The notes under the pieces are model-generated. The model ran no database searches. It worked only from the letters and a program-made list of their open reading frames with translations, and was not told the DNA's origin. The translations under genes and the position numbers were made by a program. Below, in pieces: positions 1 to 15,500 of a stretch of DNA of 64,000 nucleotides (its first letter is position 1; each line of letters opens with the position of its first letter). Source of the stretch: Eledone cirrhosa (Eukaryota); the NCBI GenBank assembly GCA_964016885.1, contig OZ024743.1, forward strand, positions 129,828,001 to 129,892,000. Reading direction: 5' to 3'.

Positions 1-580
1 AACGCCAAGCACCAAACACCAAGCACCAAGCACCAAGCACCAAACACCAAACGGCAAACACCAAACACCAAACGCCAAGCACCAAACACCAAACACCAAG
101 CACCAATCACAAAACAACAAGCACCAGGCACCAAGCACTAAACACCAAAAACCAAGCACCAAGCACCAAACACCAAGCACCAAAGACCAAACACCAAACA
201 GCAAACACCAAACACGAAACAGCAAACACCATACAGCAAACACCAAACACCAAAAACCAGACACCAAACAGTAAACACCAAACACCAAACACCAAGCACC
301 AAGCACCAAGCACCTAGCACCAAACACCAAACACCAAGCACCAAGCACCAAACACCAAGCACCAATCACCAAGCACCAAACCCCAAGCAGCAAGCAGCAA
401 GCACCAAACACCAAACACCAAGCACCAAGCACCAAAGACCAAGCACCAAGCACCAAACACCAACCACCAAACACCAAGCACCAGGCACCAAGCACCAAAC
501 ACCAAGCACCAACCACCAAACACCAAGCACCAAGCACTAAACGCCAACCACCCAGCACCAAGCACCAAGGACCAAACACC

Positions 581-3500
581 AAGCACCAAAAACCAAACAC
601 CAAGCACCAGGCACCATGCACCAAGCACCAAACACCAAGCCCCAAGCACCAAGCACCAAGCACCAAACACCAAGCACCAAACACCAAGCACCAATCACCA
701 AACGCCAACCACCCAGCACCAAGCACCAAGCACCAAACACCAAACACCAAACACCAAGCACCAAGCACCAAGCACCAAACACCGAGCCCCAAGTACCTAG
801 CACCAAACACCAAGCACCAAACACCAAGCACCAAGCACCAAGCACCTAGCACCAAACACCAAACACCAAGCACCAAGCACCAAACAACAAGCACCAATCA
901 CCAAGCACCAAACCCCAAGCAGCAAGCAGCAAGCACCAAACACCAAACACCAAGCACCAAGCACCAAACACCAAGCACCAAGCACCAAACACCTAACACC
1001 TTACACCAAGCACCAAGCACCAAACACCAAGCACCAAGCACCAAACACCCAGCACCAAGCACCAAGCACCAAACACCAAACACCAAACACCAAGCACCAA
1101 GCACCAAACACCAAGCACCAAACACCAAGCACCAAGCACCAAGCACCAAACACCAAGAACCAAGCACCAAGCACCAAACACCAAGTACAAACACCATGCA
1201 CCAAGCACCAAACACCAAACACCAAGCACCAAGCACCAAGCATCAAACACCAAGCATCAAAAACCAAACACCAAACACCAAGCACCAAACACCAAGCACC
1301 CTGCACCAAACACCAAGCACCAATCACCAAGCACCAAACACGAAGCACCAAGCTCCAAGCACCAAACACCAAGCACCAAACACCAAACACCAAGCACCAT
1401 GCACCAAGCACCAAACACCAAACACCAAGCACCAAGCACTAAACACCAAGCACCAAGCACCAAACAACAAGCACCAGGCACCAAACACCAAGCACCAAGC
1501 ACCAAACGCCAAGCACCAAACACAAAGCACCAAGCACCAAGCACCAAACACCAAACGGCAAACACCAAACACCAAACGCCAAGCACCAAACACCAAGCAC
1601 CAATCACAAAACAACAAGCACCAGGCACCAAGCACTAAACACCAAAAACCAAGCACCAAGCACCAAACACCAAGCACCAAAGAGCAAACACCAAACAGCA
1701 AACACCAAACATGAAACAGCAAACACCATACAGCAAACACCAAACACCAAAAAGTAGACACCAAACAGCAAAAACCAAACACCAAACACCAAGCACCAAG
1801 CACCAAACACCAAGCACCAAAGACTAAACACCAAACAGCAAAGACCAAACACGAAACAGCAAACACCATACAGCAAACACCAAACACCAAACAACAAACA
1901 GCAAACAGCAAACACCAAACACCAAGCACCAAACACCAAGTACCAAACACCAAACACCAAGCACCAAGCACCAAACACCAAGCACCAAGCACCAAACTCT
2001 AATCACCAAGCACCAAGCACCAAGCACCAAATACCAAGCACCAAGCACCAAGAACCAAACAGCAAACACCAAACACCAAGCACCAAACACCAAGTACCAA
2101 ACACAAACACCAAGCACCAAGCACCAAACACCAAACTCCAAGCACCAAGCACCAAACACTAATCACCAAGCACCAAGCACCAAGCACCAAATACCAAGCA
2201 CCAAGCACCAAGAACCAAACACCAAACACCAAGCATGCAGCACCAAACACCAACCACCAAGCACCAAGCACCAAAGACCAAGCACCAAGCACCAAGCACC
2301 AAAGACCAAGCACCAAGCACCAAACACCAAACACCAAACACCAAGCACCAAGCACCAAACACCAAACACCAAGCACCAAACACCAAACACCAAGCACCAA
2401 ACACCAAGCACCAAGCACCAAACGCCAACCACCCAGCACCAAGCACCAAGCACCAAACACCAAGCAGCAAACACCAAACAGCAAACACCAGACACCAAAC
2501 AGCAAACACCAAACACCAAGCACCAAACATCAAACACCAAGCACCAAGCCCCAAGCACCAAGCACCAAGCACCAAGCACCAAACACCAAGCCCCAAGCAC
2601 CAAGCACCAAGCACCAAACACCAAGCACCAAGCTCCAAACACCAAGCACCTTAGCACCAAACGCCAACCACCCAGCACCAAGCACCAAGCACCAAACACC
2701 AAACACCAAACACCAAACACCAAGCACCAAGCACCAAACACCAAGCCCCAAGTACCTAGCACCAAACACCGAGCACCAAACACCAAGCACCAAGCACCTA
2801 GCACCAAACACCAAACACCAAGCACCAAGCACCAAGCACCAATCACCAAGCACCAAACACCAAGCACCAAGCACCAAACACCAAGCACCAAATACCAAAC
2901 ACCAAACACCAAGCACCAAGCACCAAACACCAAGCACCAAGCACCAAACACCAAGCACCAAACACCAAACACCAAGCACCAAGCACCAAACACCAAGCAC
3001 CAATCACAAAACAACAAGCACCAGGCACCAAGCACTAAACACCAAAAACCAAGCACCAAGCACCAAACACCAAGCACCAAAGAGCAAACACCAAACAGCA
3101 AACACCAAACATGAAACAGCAAACACCATACAGCAAACACCAAACACCAAAAAGTAGACACCAAACAGCAAAAACCAAACACCAAACACCAAGCACCAAG
3201 CACCAAACACCAAGCACCAAAGACTAAACACCAAACAGCAAAGACCAAACACGAAACAGCAAACACCATACAGCAAACACCAAACACCAAACAACAAACA
3301 GCAAACAGCAAACACCAAACACCAAGCACCAAACACCAAGTACCAAACACCAAACACCAAGCACCAAGCACCAAACACCAAGCACCAAGCACCAAACTCT
3401 AATCACCAAGCACCAAGCACCAAGCACCAAATACCAAGCACCAAGCACCAAGAACCAAACAGCAAACACCAAACACCAAGCACCAAACACCAAGTACCAA

Positions 3501-6500
3501 ACACAAACACCAAGCACCAAGCACCAAACACCAAACTCCAAGCACCAAGCACCAAACACTAATCACCAAGCACCAAGCACCAAGCACCAAATACCAAGCA
3601 CCAAGCACCAAGAACCAAACAACAAACACCAAGCATGCAGCACCAAACACCAACCACCAAGCACCAAGCACCAAAGACCAAGCACCAAGCACCAAGCACC
3701 AAAGACCAAGCACCAAGCACCAAACACCAAACACCAAACACCAAGCACCAAGCACCAAACACCAAACACCAAGCACCAAACACCAAACACCAAGCACCAA
3801 ACACCAAGCACCAAGCACCAAACGCCAACCACCCAGCACCAAGCACCAAGCACCAAACACCAAGCAGCAAACACCAAACAGCAAACACCAGACACCAAAC
3901 AGCAAACACCAAACACCAAGCACCAAGCACCAAACACCAAGCACCAAATACCAAACACCAAACACCAAGCACCAAGCACCAAACACCAAGCACCAAGCAC
4001 CAAACACCAAGCACCAAACACCAAACACCAAGCACCAAGCACCAAACACCAAGCACCAGGCACCAAGCACCAAACACCAAGCACCAAGCACCAAACACCA
4101 AGCACCAAGCACGAAGCACCAAATACCAAGCACCATCACCTAACACCAAGCACCAAGCACCAAGCACCAAACACCAAGCAGCAAACACCAAACACCAAGC
4201 ACCAAACACCAAGCACCAAGCACCAAGCACCAAGCACCAAAAACCAAACACCAAGCACCAAGCACCAAGCATCAAACACCAAGCATCAAAAACCAAACAC
4301 CAAACACCAAGCACCAAACACCAAGCACCAAGCACCAAGCACCAAACACGAAGCACCAAGCTCCAAGCACCAAAGACCAAGCTCCAAACACCAAACACCA
4401 AGAACAATGCACCAAACACCAAGCACTAAACACCAAACACCAAACACCAAACACCAAGCAACAAGCACCAAACAACAAGCACCAGGCACCAAACACCAAG
4501 CACCAAGCACCAAACGCCAAGCACCAAACACCAAGCACCAAGCACCAAGCACCAAACACCAAACGGCAAACACCAAACACCAAACAGCAAACAGCAAACA
4601 CCAAAAACCAAGCACCAATCACCAAACAACAAGCACCAGGCACCAAGCACTAAACACCAAACAGCAAGCACCAAGCACCAAACACCAAACACCAAGCACC
4701 AAGCACCAAACACCAAGCACCAATGACCAAACACCAAACAGCAAAGACCAAACACGAAACAGCAAACACCATACAGCAAACACCAAACACCAAACACCAA
4801 ACATCAAACAGCAAACACCAAACACCAAGCACCAAACACCAAGTACCAAGCACCAAACACCAAGCACCAAGCACCAAACACCAAACCCCAAGCACCAAGC
4901 ACCAAACACTAATCACCAAGCACCAAGCACCAAGCACCAAATACCAAGCACCAAGCACCAAGCACCAAACACAAAACACCAAGCATGCAGCACCAAGCAT
5001 GCAGCACCAAGCACCAAGCACCAAACACCAAGCACCAAGCACCAAACACCAAACACCAAACACCAAGCACCAAGCACCAAGCACCAAACACCAAACACCA
5101 AGCACCAGACACCAAGCACCAAACACCAAACACCAAACACCAAGCACCAAGCACCAATCACCAAACAACAAGCACCAAGCACCAAGCACCAAACACCAAG
5201 CACCAAAGACCAAAGACCAAACAGGAAACACCAAACACCAAACACCAAACACGAAACAGCAAACACCATACAGCAAACACCAAACACCAAAAAGCAGACA
5301 GCAAACAGCAAACAACCAAACACCAAACACCAAACAACAAACACCAAGCACCAAACACCAAGCACCAAGCACCGACACCAAACCCCAAGCACCAAGCACC
5401 AAACACTAATCACCAAGCACCAAGCACCAAACACCAAGCACCAACCACCAAACACCAAACACCAAGCATCAATGACCAAGCACCAAGCACCAAACACCAA
5501 GCACCAAGCACCAAACACCAAGCACCAAGCACTAAACGCCAACCACCCAGCACCAAGCACCAAGCACCAAACACCAAGCACCAAAAACCAAACACCAAGC
5601 ACCAGGCACCAAGCACCAAGCACCAAACACCAAGCCCCAAGCACCAAGCACCAAGCACCAAACACCAAGCACCAAGCACCAAACACCAAGCACCAAGCAC
5701 CAAACGCCAACCACCCAGCACCAAGCACCAAGCACCAAACACCAAACACCAAACACCAAGCACCAAGCACCAAGCACCAAACACCAAGCCCCAAGCACCA
5801 AGCACCAAACACCAAGCACCAAACACCTAACACCTTACACCAAGCACAAAGCACCAAGCACCAAACACCAAGCACCACACACCAAGCACCAGGCACCAAG
5901 CACCAAACACCAAGCACCAAGCACCAAACACCAAGCACCAAGCACCAAGCACCAAACACCAAGAACCAAACACCAAGCACCAAGCACCAAGCACCAAACA
6001 CCACGCACCAAGAACCAAGCACCAAGTACAATCACCAAGCACCAAGCACCAAACACCAAACACCAAGCACCAAGCACCAAGCATCAAACACCAAGCATCA
6101 AAAACCAAACACCAAACACCAAGCACCAAACACCAAGCACCCTGCACCAAACACCAAGCACCAATCACTAAGCACCAAACACGAAGCACCAAGCTCCAAG
6201 CACCAAACACCAAGCACCAAACACCAAACACCAAGCACCATGCACCAAGCACCAAACACCAAACACCAAGCACCAAGCACCAAACACCAAACACCAAGCA
6301 CTAAACACCAAGCACCAAGCACCAAACACCAAGCACCATGCACCAAACACCAAACGGCAAACACCAAACACCAAACACCAAACAGCAAACACCAAACACC
6401 AAGCACCAATCACCAAACAACAAGCACCAGGCACCAAGCACTAAACACCAAACACCAAGCACCAAGCACCAAACACCAAACACCAAGCACCAAGCACCAA

Positions 6501-9500
6501 ACACCAAGCACCAAAGACCAAACACCAAACAGCAAACACCAAACACGAAAGAGTAAACACCATACAGCAAACACCAAACACCATACAGCAAACACCAAAC
6601 ACCAAAAAGCAAACACCAAACACCAAACAGCAAAACACAAACACCAAACACCAAGCACCAAACACCAATTACCAAGCACAAAACACCAAGCACCAAGCAC
6701 CAAACACCAAATCCCAAGCACCAAGCACCAAACACTAATCACCAAGCACCAAGCACCAAGCACCAAACACCAAGCACCAAGCACCAAACACCAAACACCA
6801 AGCACCAAAGACCAAGCACCAAGCACCAAGCACCAAACACCAAGCCCCAAGCACCAAGCACCTTACACCAAACACCAAGTACCCTGCACCAAGCACCAAG
6901 CACCTAGCACCAAAAACCAAACACCAAGCACCAAACACCAAACACCAAACACCAAACACCAAGCACCAAGCACCAATCACCAAACAACAAGCACCAGGCA
7001 CCAAGCACCAAACACCAAACACCAAGCACAAAGCACCAATCACCAAACAACAAGCACCAAGCACCAAACACCAAACACCAAGCACCAAGCATCAAACACC
7101 AAACACCAAGCACCAAGCACCAAACAACAAGCACCAAAGACCAAAGACCAAACAGGAAACACCAAACACCAAACACCAAACACCAAACACCAAACACCAA
7201 ACACCATACAGCAAACACCAAAAACCAAAAAGCAGACAGCAAATAGCAAACAGCAAACACCAAACAGCAAACACCAAACACCAAGCACCAAACACCAAGC
7301 ACCAAGCACCAAACACCAAGCACCAAGCACCAAACACCAAACCCCAAACACCAAGCACCAAACACTAATCACCAAGCACCAAGCAGCAAACACCAAGCAC
7401 CAACCACCAAACACCAAACACCAAGCACCAAAGACCAAGCACCAAGCACCAAACACCAAACACCAAGCACCAAGCACCAAACACCAAGCACCAAGCACCA
7501 AACGCCAACAACCCAGCACCAAGCACCAAGCACCAAACACAAAACACCAAGCACCAGGCACCAAGCACCAAGCACCAAACACCAAACACCAAACACCAAG
7601 CACCAAGCACCAACCACCAAACACCAAGTACCAACACCAAACACCAAGCACCAAACACCAAGCACCAAGCACCAAGCACCAAGCACCAAGCACCAAACAC
7701 CAAACACCAAACACCAAGCACCAAGCACCAAGCACCAAACACCAAGCCCCAAGTACCAAACACCAAACACCAAGCACCAAACACCAAGCACCAAGCACCA
7801 AGCACCTAGCACCAAACACCAAACACCAAGCACCAAGCACCAAACACCAAGCACCAATCACCAAGCACCAAACCCCAAGCAGCAAGCAGCAAGCACCAAA
7901 CACCAAACTCCAAGCACCAAGCACCAAAGACCAAGCACCAAGCACCAAACACCTAACACCTTACACCAAGCACCAAGCACCAAACACCAACCACCAAACA
8001 ACAAGCACCAGGCACCAAGCACCAAACACCAAGCACCAAGCACCAAACACCAAGCACCAAGCACCAAGCACCAAACACCAAGTACCAAACACCAAGCACC
8101 AAGCACCAAGCACCAAACACCAAGAACCAAGCACCAAGCACCAAGCACCAAACACCAAACACCAAGCACCAAGCACCAAACAACAAGCACCAATCACCAA
8201 GCACCAAACCCCAAGCAGCAAGCAGCAAGCACCAAAAACCAAACACCAAGCACCAGGCACCATGCACCAAGCACCAAACACCAAGCCCCAAGCACCAAGC
8301 ACCAAGCACCAAACACCAAGCACCAAACACCAAGCACCAATCACCAAACGCCAACCACCCAGCACCAAGCACCAAGCACCAAACACCAAACACCAAACAC
8401 CAAGCACCAAGCACCAAGCACCAAACACCGAGCCCCAAGTACCTAGCACCAAACACCAAGCACCAAACACCAAGCACCAAGCACCAAGCACCTAGCACCA
8501 AACACCAAACACCAAGCACCAAGCACCAAACAACAAGCACCAATCACCAAGCACCAAACCCCAAGCAGCAAGCAGCAAGCACCAAACACCAAACACCAAG
8601 CACCAAGCACCAAACACCAAGCACCAAGCACCAAACACCTAACACCTTACACCAAGCACCAAGCACCAAACACCAAGCACCAAGCACCAAGCACCAAACA
8701 CCAAACACCAAACACCAAGCACCAAGCACCAAACACCAAGCACCAAACACCAAGCACCAAGCACCAAGCACCAAACACCAAGAACCAAGCACCAAGCACC
8801 AAACACCAAGTACAAACACCATGCACCAAGCACCAAACACCAAACACCAAGCACCAAGCACCAAGCATCAAACACCAAGCATCAAAAACCAAACACCAAA
8901 CACCAAGCACCAAACACCAAGCACCCTGCACCAAACACCAAGCACCAATCACCAAGCACCAAACACGAAGCACCAAGCTCCAAGCACCAAACACCAAGCA
9001 CCAAACACCAAACACCAAGCACCATGCACCAAGCACCAAACACCAAACACCAAGCACCAAGCACTAAACACCAAGCACCAAGCACCAAACAACAAGCCCC
9101 AGGCACCAAACACCAAGCACCAAGCACCAAACGCCAAGCACCAAACACCAAGCACCAAGCACCAAGCACCAAACACCAAACGGCAAACACCAAACACCAA
9201 ACGCCAAGCACCAAACACCAAGCACCAATCACAAAACAACAAGCACCAGGCACCAAGCACTAAACACCAAAAACCAAGCACCAAGCACCAAACACCAAGC
9301 ACCAAAGAGCAAACACCAAACAGCAAACACCAAACATGAAACAGCAAACACCATACAGCAAACACCAAACACCAAAAAGTAGACACCAAACAGCAAAAAC
9401 CAAACACCAAACACCAAGCACCAAGCACCAAACACCAAGCACCAAAGACTAAACACCAAACAGCAAAGACCAAACACGAAACAGCAAACACCATACAGCA

Positions 9501-12500
9501 AACACCAAACACCAAACAACAAACAGCAAACAGCAAACACCAAACACCAAGCACCAAACACCAAGTACCAAACACCAAACACCAAGCACCAAGCACCAAA
9601 CACCAAGCACCAAGCACCAAACTCTAATCACCAAGCACCAAGCACCAAGCACCAAATACCAAGCACCAAGCACCAAGAACCAAACAGCAAACACCAAACA
9701 CCAAGCACCAAACACCAAGTACCAAACACAAACACCAAGCACCAAGCACCAAACACCAAACTCCAAGCACCAAGCACCAAACACTAATCACCAAGCACCA
9801 AGCACCAAGCACCAAATACCAAGCACCAAGCACCAAGAACCAAACACCAAACACCAAGCATGCAGCACCAAACACCAACCACCAAGCACCAAGCACCAAA
9901 GACCAAGCACCAAGCACCAAGCACCAAAGACCAAGCACCAAGCACCAAACACCAAACACCAAACACCAAGCACCAAGCACCAAACACCAAACACCAAGCA
10001 CCAAACACCAAACACCAAGCACCAAACACCAAGCACCAAGCACCAAACGCCAACCACCCAGCACCAAGCACCAAGCACCAAACACCAAGCAGCAAACACC
10101 AAACAGCAAACACCAGACACCAAACAGCAAACACCAAACACCAAGCACCAAGCATCAAACACCAAGCACCAAGCCCCAAACACCAAGCACCAAGCACCAA
10201 GCACCAAACACCAAGCCCCAAGCACCAAGCACCAAGCACCAAACACCAAGCACCAAGCTCCAAACACCAAGCACCTTAGCACCAAACGCCAACCACCCAG
10301 CACCAAGCACCAAGCACCAAACACCAAACACCAAACACCAAACACCAAGCACCAAGCACCAAACACCAAGCCCCAAGTACCAAGCACCAAACACCGAGCA
10401 CCAAACACCAAGCACCAAGCACCTAGCACCAAACACCAAACACCAAGCACCAAGCACCAAGCACCAATCACCAAGCACCAAACACCAAGCACCAAGCACC
10501 AAACACCAAGCACCAAATACCAAACACCAAACACCAAGCACCAAGCACCAAACACCAAGCACCAAGCACCAAACACCAAGCACCAAACACCAAACACCAA
10601 GCACCAAGCACCAAACACCAAGCACCAATCACAAAACAACAAGCACCAGGCACCAAGCACTAAACACCAAAAACCAAGCACCAAGCACCAAACACCAAGC
10701 ACCAAAGAGCAAACACCAAACAGCAAACACCAAACATGAAACAGCAAACACCATACAGCAAACACCAAACACCAAAAAGTAGACACCAAACAGCAAAAAC
10801 CAAACACCAAACACCAAGCACCAAGCACCAAACACCAAGCACCAAAGACTAAACACCAAACAGCAAAGACCAAACACGAAACAGCAAACACCATACAGCA
10901 AACACCAAACACCAAACAACAAACAGCAAACAGCAAACACCAAACACCAAGCACCAAACACCAAGTACCAAACACCAAACACCAAGCACCAAGCACCAAA
11001 CACCAAGCACCAAGCACCAAACTCTAATCACCAAGCACCAAGCACCAAGCACCAAATACCAAGCACCAAGCACCAAGAACCAAACAGCAAACACCAAACA
11101 CCAAGCACCAAACACCAAGTACCAAACACAAACACCAAGCACCAAGCACCAAACACCAAACTCCAAGCACCAAGCACCAAACACTAATCACCAAGCACCA
11201 AGCACCAAGCACCAAATACCAAGCACCAAGCACCAAGAACCAAACACCAAACACCAAGCATGCAGCACCAAACACCAACCACCAAGCACCAAGCACCAAA
11301 GACCAAGCACCAAGCACAAAACACCAAACACCAAACACCAAGCACCAAGCACCAAACACCAAACACCAAGCACCAAACACCAAACACCAAGCACCAAACA
11401 CCAAGCACCAAGCACCAAACGCCAACCACCCAGCACCAAGCACCAAGCACCAAACACCAAGCAGCAAACACCAAACAGCAAACACCAGACACCAAACAGC
11501 AAACACCAAACACCAAGCACCAAGCATCAAACACCAAGCACCAAGCCCCAAACACCAAGCACCAAGCACCAAGCACCAAACACCAAGCCCCAAGCACCAT
11601 GCACCAAGCACCAAACACCAAGCACCAAGCTCCAAACACCAAGCACCTTAGCACCAAACGCCAACCACCCAGCACCAAGCACCAAGCACCAAACACCAAA
11701 CACCAAACACCAAACACCAAGCACCAAGCACCAAACACCAAGCCCCAAGTACCAAGCACCAAACACCGAGCACCAAACACCAAGCACCAAGCACCTAGCA
11801 CCAAACACCAAACACCAAGCACCAAGCACCAAGCACCAATCACCAAGCACCAAACACCAAGCACCAAGCACCAAACACCAAGCACCAAATACCAAACACC
11901 AAACACCAAGCACCAAGCACCAAACACCAAGCACCAAGCACCAAACACCAAGCACCAAACACCAAACACCAAGCACCAAGCACCAAACACCAAGCACCAG
12001 GCACCAAGCACCAAACACCAAGCACCAAGCACCAAACACCAAGCACCAAGCACGAAGCACCAAACACCAAGCACCATCACCTAACACCAAGCACCAAGCA
12101 CCAAGCACCAAACACCAAGCAGCAAACACCAAACACCAAGCACCAAACACCAAGCACCAAGCACCAAGCACCAAGCACCAAAAACCAAACACCAAGCACC
12201 AAGCACCAAGCATCAAACACCAAGCATCAAAAACCAAACACCAAACACCAAGCACCAAACACCAAGCACCAAGCACCAAGCACCAAACACGAAGCACCAA
12301 GCTCCAAGCACCAAAGACCAAGCTCCAAACACCAAACACCAAGAACAATGCACCAAACACCAAGCACTAAACACCAAACACCAAACACCAAACACCAAGC
12401 AACAAGCACCAAACAACAAGCACCAGGCACCAAACACCAAGCACCAAGCACCAAACGCCAAGCACCAAACACCAAGCACCAAGCACCAAGCACCAAACAC

Positions 12501-15500
12501 CAAACGGCAAACACCAAACACCAAACAGCAAACAGCAAACACCAAAAACCAAGCACCAATCACCAAACAACAAGCACCAGGCACCAAGCACTAAACACCA
12601 AACAGCAAGCACCAAGCACCAAACACCAAACACCAAGCACCAAGCACCAAACACCAAGCACCAATGACCAAACACCAAACAGCAAAGACCAAACACGAAA
12701 CAGCAAACACCATACAGCAAACACCAAACACCAAACACCAAACATCAAACAGCAAACACCAAACACCAAGCACCAAACACCAAGTACCAAGCACCAAACA
12801 CCAAGCACCAAGCACCAAACACCAAACCCCAAGCACCAAGCACCAAACACTAATCACCAAGCACCAAGCACCAAGCACCAAATACCAAGCACCAAGCACC
12901 AAGCACCAAACACAAAACACCAAGCATGCAGCACCAAGCATGCAGCACCAAGCACCAAGCACCAAACACCAAGCACCAAGCACCAAACACCAAACACCAA
13001 ACACCAAGCACCAAGCACCAAGCACCAAACACCAAACACCAAGCACCAGACACCAAGCACCAAACACCAAACACCAAACACCAAGCACCAAGCACCAATC
13101 ACCAAACAACAAGCACCAAGCACCAAGCACCAAACACCAAGCACCAAAGACCAAAGACCAAACAGGAAACACCAAACACCAAACACCAAACACGAAACAG
13201 CAAACACCATACAGCAAACACCAAACACCAAAAAGCAGACAGCAAACAGCAAACAACCAAACACCAAACACCAAACAACAAACACCAAGCACCAAACACC
13301 AAGCACCAAGCACCGACACCAAACCCCAAGCACCAAGCACCAAACACTAATCACCAAGCACCAAGCACCAAACACCAAGCACCAACCACCAAACAACAAA
13401 CACCAAGCATCAATGACCAAGCACCAAGCACCAAACACCAAGCACCAAGCACCAAACACCAAGCACCAAGCACTAAACGCCAACCACCCAGCACCAAGCA
13501 CCAAGCACCAAACACCAAGCACCAAAAACCAAACACCAAGCACCAGGCACCAAGCACCAAGCACCAAACACCAAGCCCCAAGCACCAAGCACCAAGCACC
13601 AAACACCAAGCACCAAGCACCAAACACCAAGCACCAAGCACCAAACGCCAACCACCCAGCACCAAGCACCAAGCACCAAACACCAAACACCAAACACCAA
13701 GCACCAAGCACCAAGCACCAAACACCAAGCCCCAAGCACCAAGCACCAAACACCAAGCACCAAACACCTAACACCTTACACCAAGCACCAAGCACCAAGC
13801 ACCAAACACCAAGCACCAAACACCAAGCACCAGGCACCAAGCACCAAACACCAAGCACCAAGCACCAAACACCAAGCACCAAGCACCAAGCACCAAACAC
13901 CAAGAACCAAACACCAAGCACCAAGCACCAAGCACCAAACACCACGCACCAAGCACCAAGCACCAAGTACAAACACCAAGCACCAAGCACCAAACACCAA
14001 ACACCAAGCACCAAGCACCAAGCACCAAACACCAAGAACCAAACACCAAGCACCAAACACCAAGCACCCTGCACCAAACACCAAGCACCAATCACTAAGC
14101 ACCAAACACGAAGCACCAAGCTCCAAGCACCAAACACCAAGCACCAAACACCAAACACCAAGCACCATGCACCAAGCACCAAACACCAAACACCAAGCAC
14201 CAAGCACCAAACACCAAACACCAAGCACTAAACACCAAGCACCAAGCACCAAACAACAAGCACCAGGCACCAAACACCAAGCACCATGCACCAAACACCA
14301 AACGGCAAACACCAAACACCAAACACCAAACAGCAAACACCAAACACCAAGCACCAATCACCAAACAACAAGCACCAGGCACCAAGCACTAAACACCAAA
14401 CACCAAGCACCAAGCACCAAACACCAAACACCAAGCACCAAGCACCAAACACCAAGCACCAAAGACCAAACACCAAACAGCAAACACCAAACACGAAACA
14501 GTAAACACCATACAGCAAACACCAAACACCATACAGCAAACACCAAACACCAAAAAGCAAACACCAAACACCAAACAGCAAAACACAAACACCAAACACC
14601 AAGCACCAAACACCAATTACCAAGCACAAAACACCAAGCACCAAGCACCAAACACCAAATCCCAAGCACCAAGCACCAAACACTAATCACCAAGCACCAA
14701 GCACCAAGCACCAAACACCAAGCACCAAGCACCAAGCACCAAACACCAAACACCAAGCACCAAAGACCAAGCACCAAGCACCAAGCACCAAACACCAAGC
14801 CCCAAGCACCAAGCACCTTACACCAAACACCAAGTACCCTGCACCAAGCACCAAGCACCTAGCACCAAAAACCAAACACCAAGCACCAAACACCAAACAC
14901 CAAACACCAAACACCAAGCACCAAGCACCAATCACCAAACAACAAGCACCAGGCACCAAGCACCAAACACCAAACACCAAGCACAAAGCACCAATCACCA
15001 AACAACAAGCACCAAGCACCAAACACCAAACACCAAGCACCAAGCATCAAACACCAAACACCAAGCACCAAGCACCAAACAACAAGCACCAAAGACCAAA
15101 GACCAAACAGGAAACACCAAACACCAAACACCAAACACCAAACACCAAACACCAAACACCATACAGCAAACACCAAAAACCAAAAAGCAGACAGCAAATA
15201 GCAAACAGCAAACACCAAACAGCAAACACCAAACACCAAGCACCAAACACCAAGCACCAAGCACCAAACACCAAGCACCAAGCACCAAACACCAAACCCC
15301 AAGCACCAAGCACCAAACACTAATCACCAAGCACCAAGCAGCAAACACCAAGCACCAACCACCAAACACCAAACACCAAGCACCAAAGACCAAGCACCAA
15401 GCACCAAACACCAAACACCAAGCACCAAGCACCAAACACCAAGCACCAAGCACCAAACGCCAACAACCCAGCACCAAGCACCAAGCACCAAACACAAAAC

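Noticed and set aside
4407-8495. 1362-aa + strand ORF (and 12348-14231, 16307-18631, 33655-35256, 46377-47870) as a mucin-like or Pol II CTD-like heptad protein
   Set aside because: These have no non-repetitive domain, signal peptide or regulatory context. All frames give the same peptide, and starts and stops fall on sporadic variant units. The paralog of the 1362-aa ORF is cut to 627 aa by a frame difference. The heptad does not match YSPTSPS.
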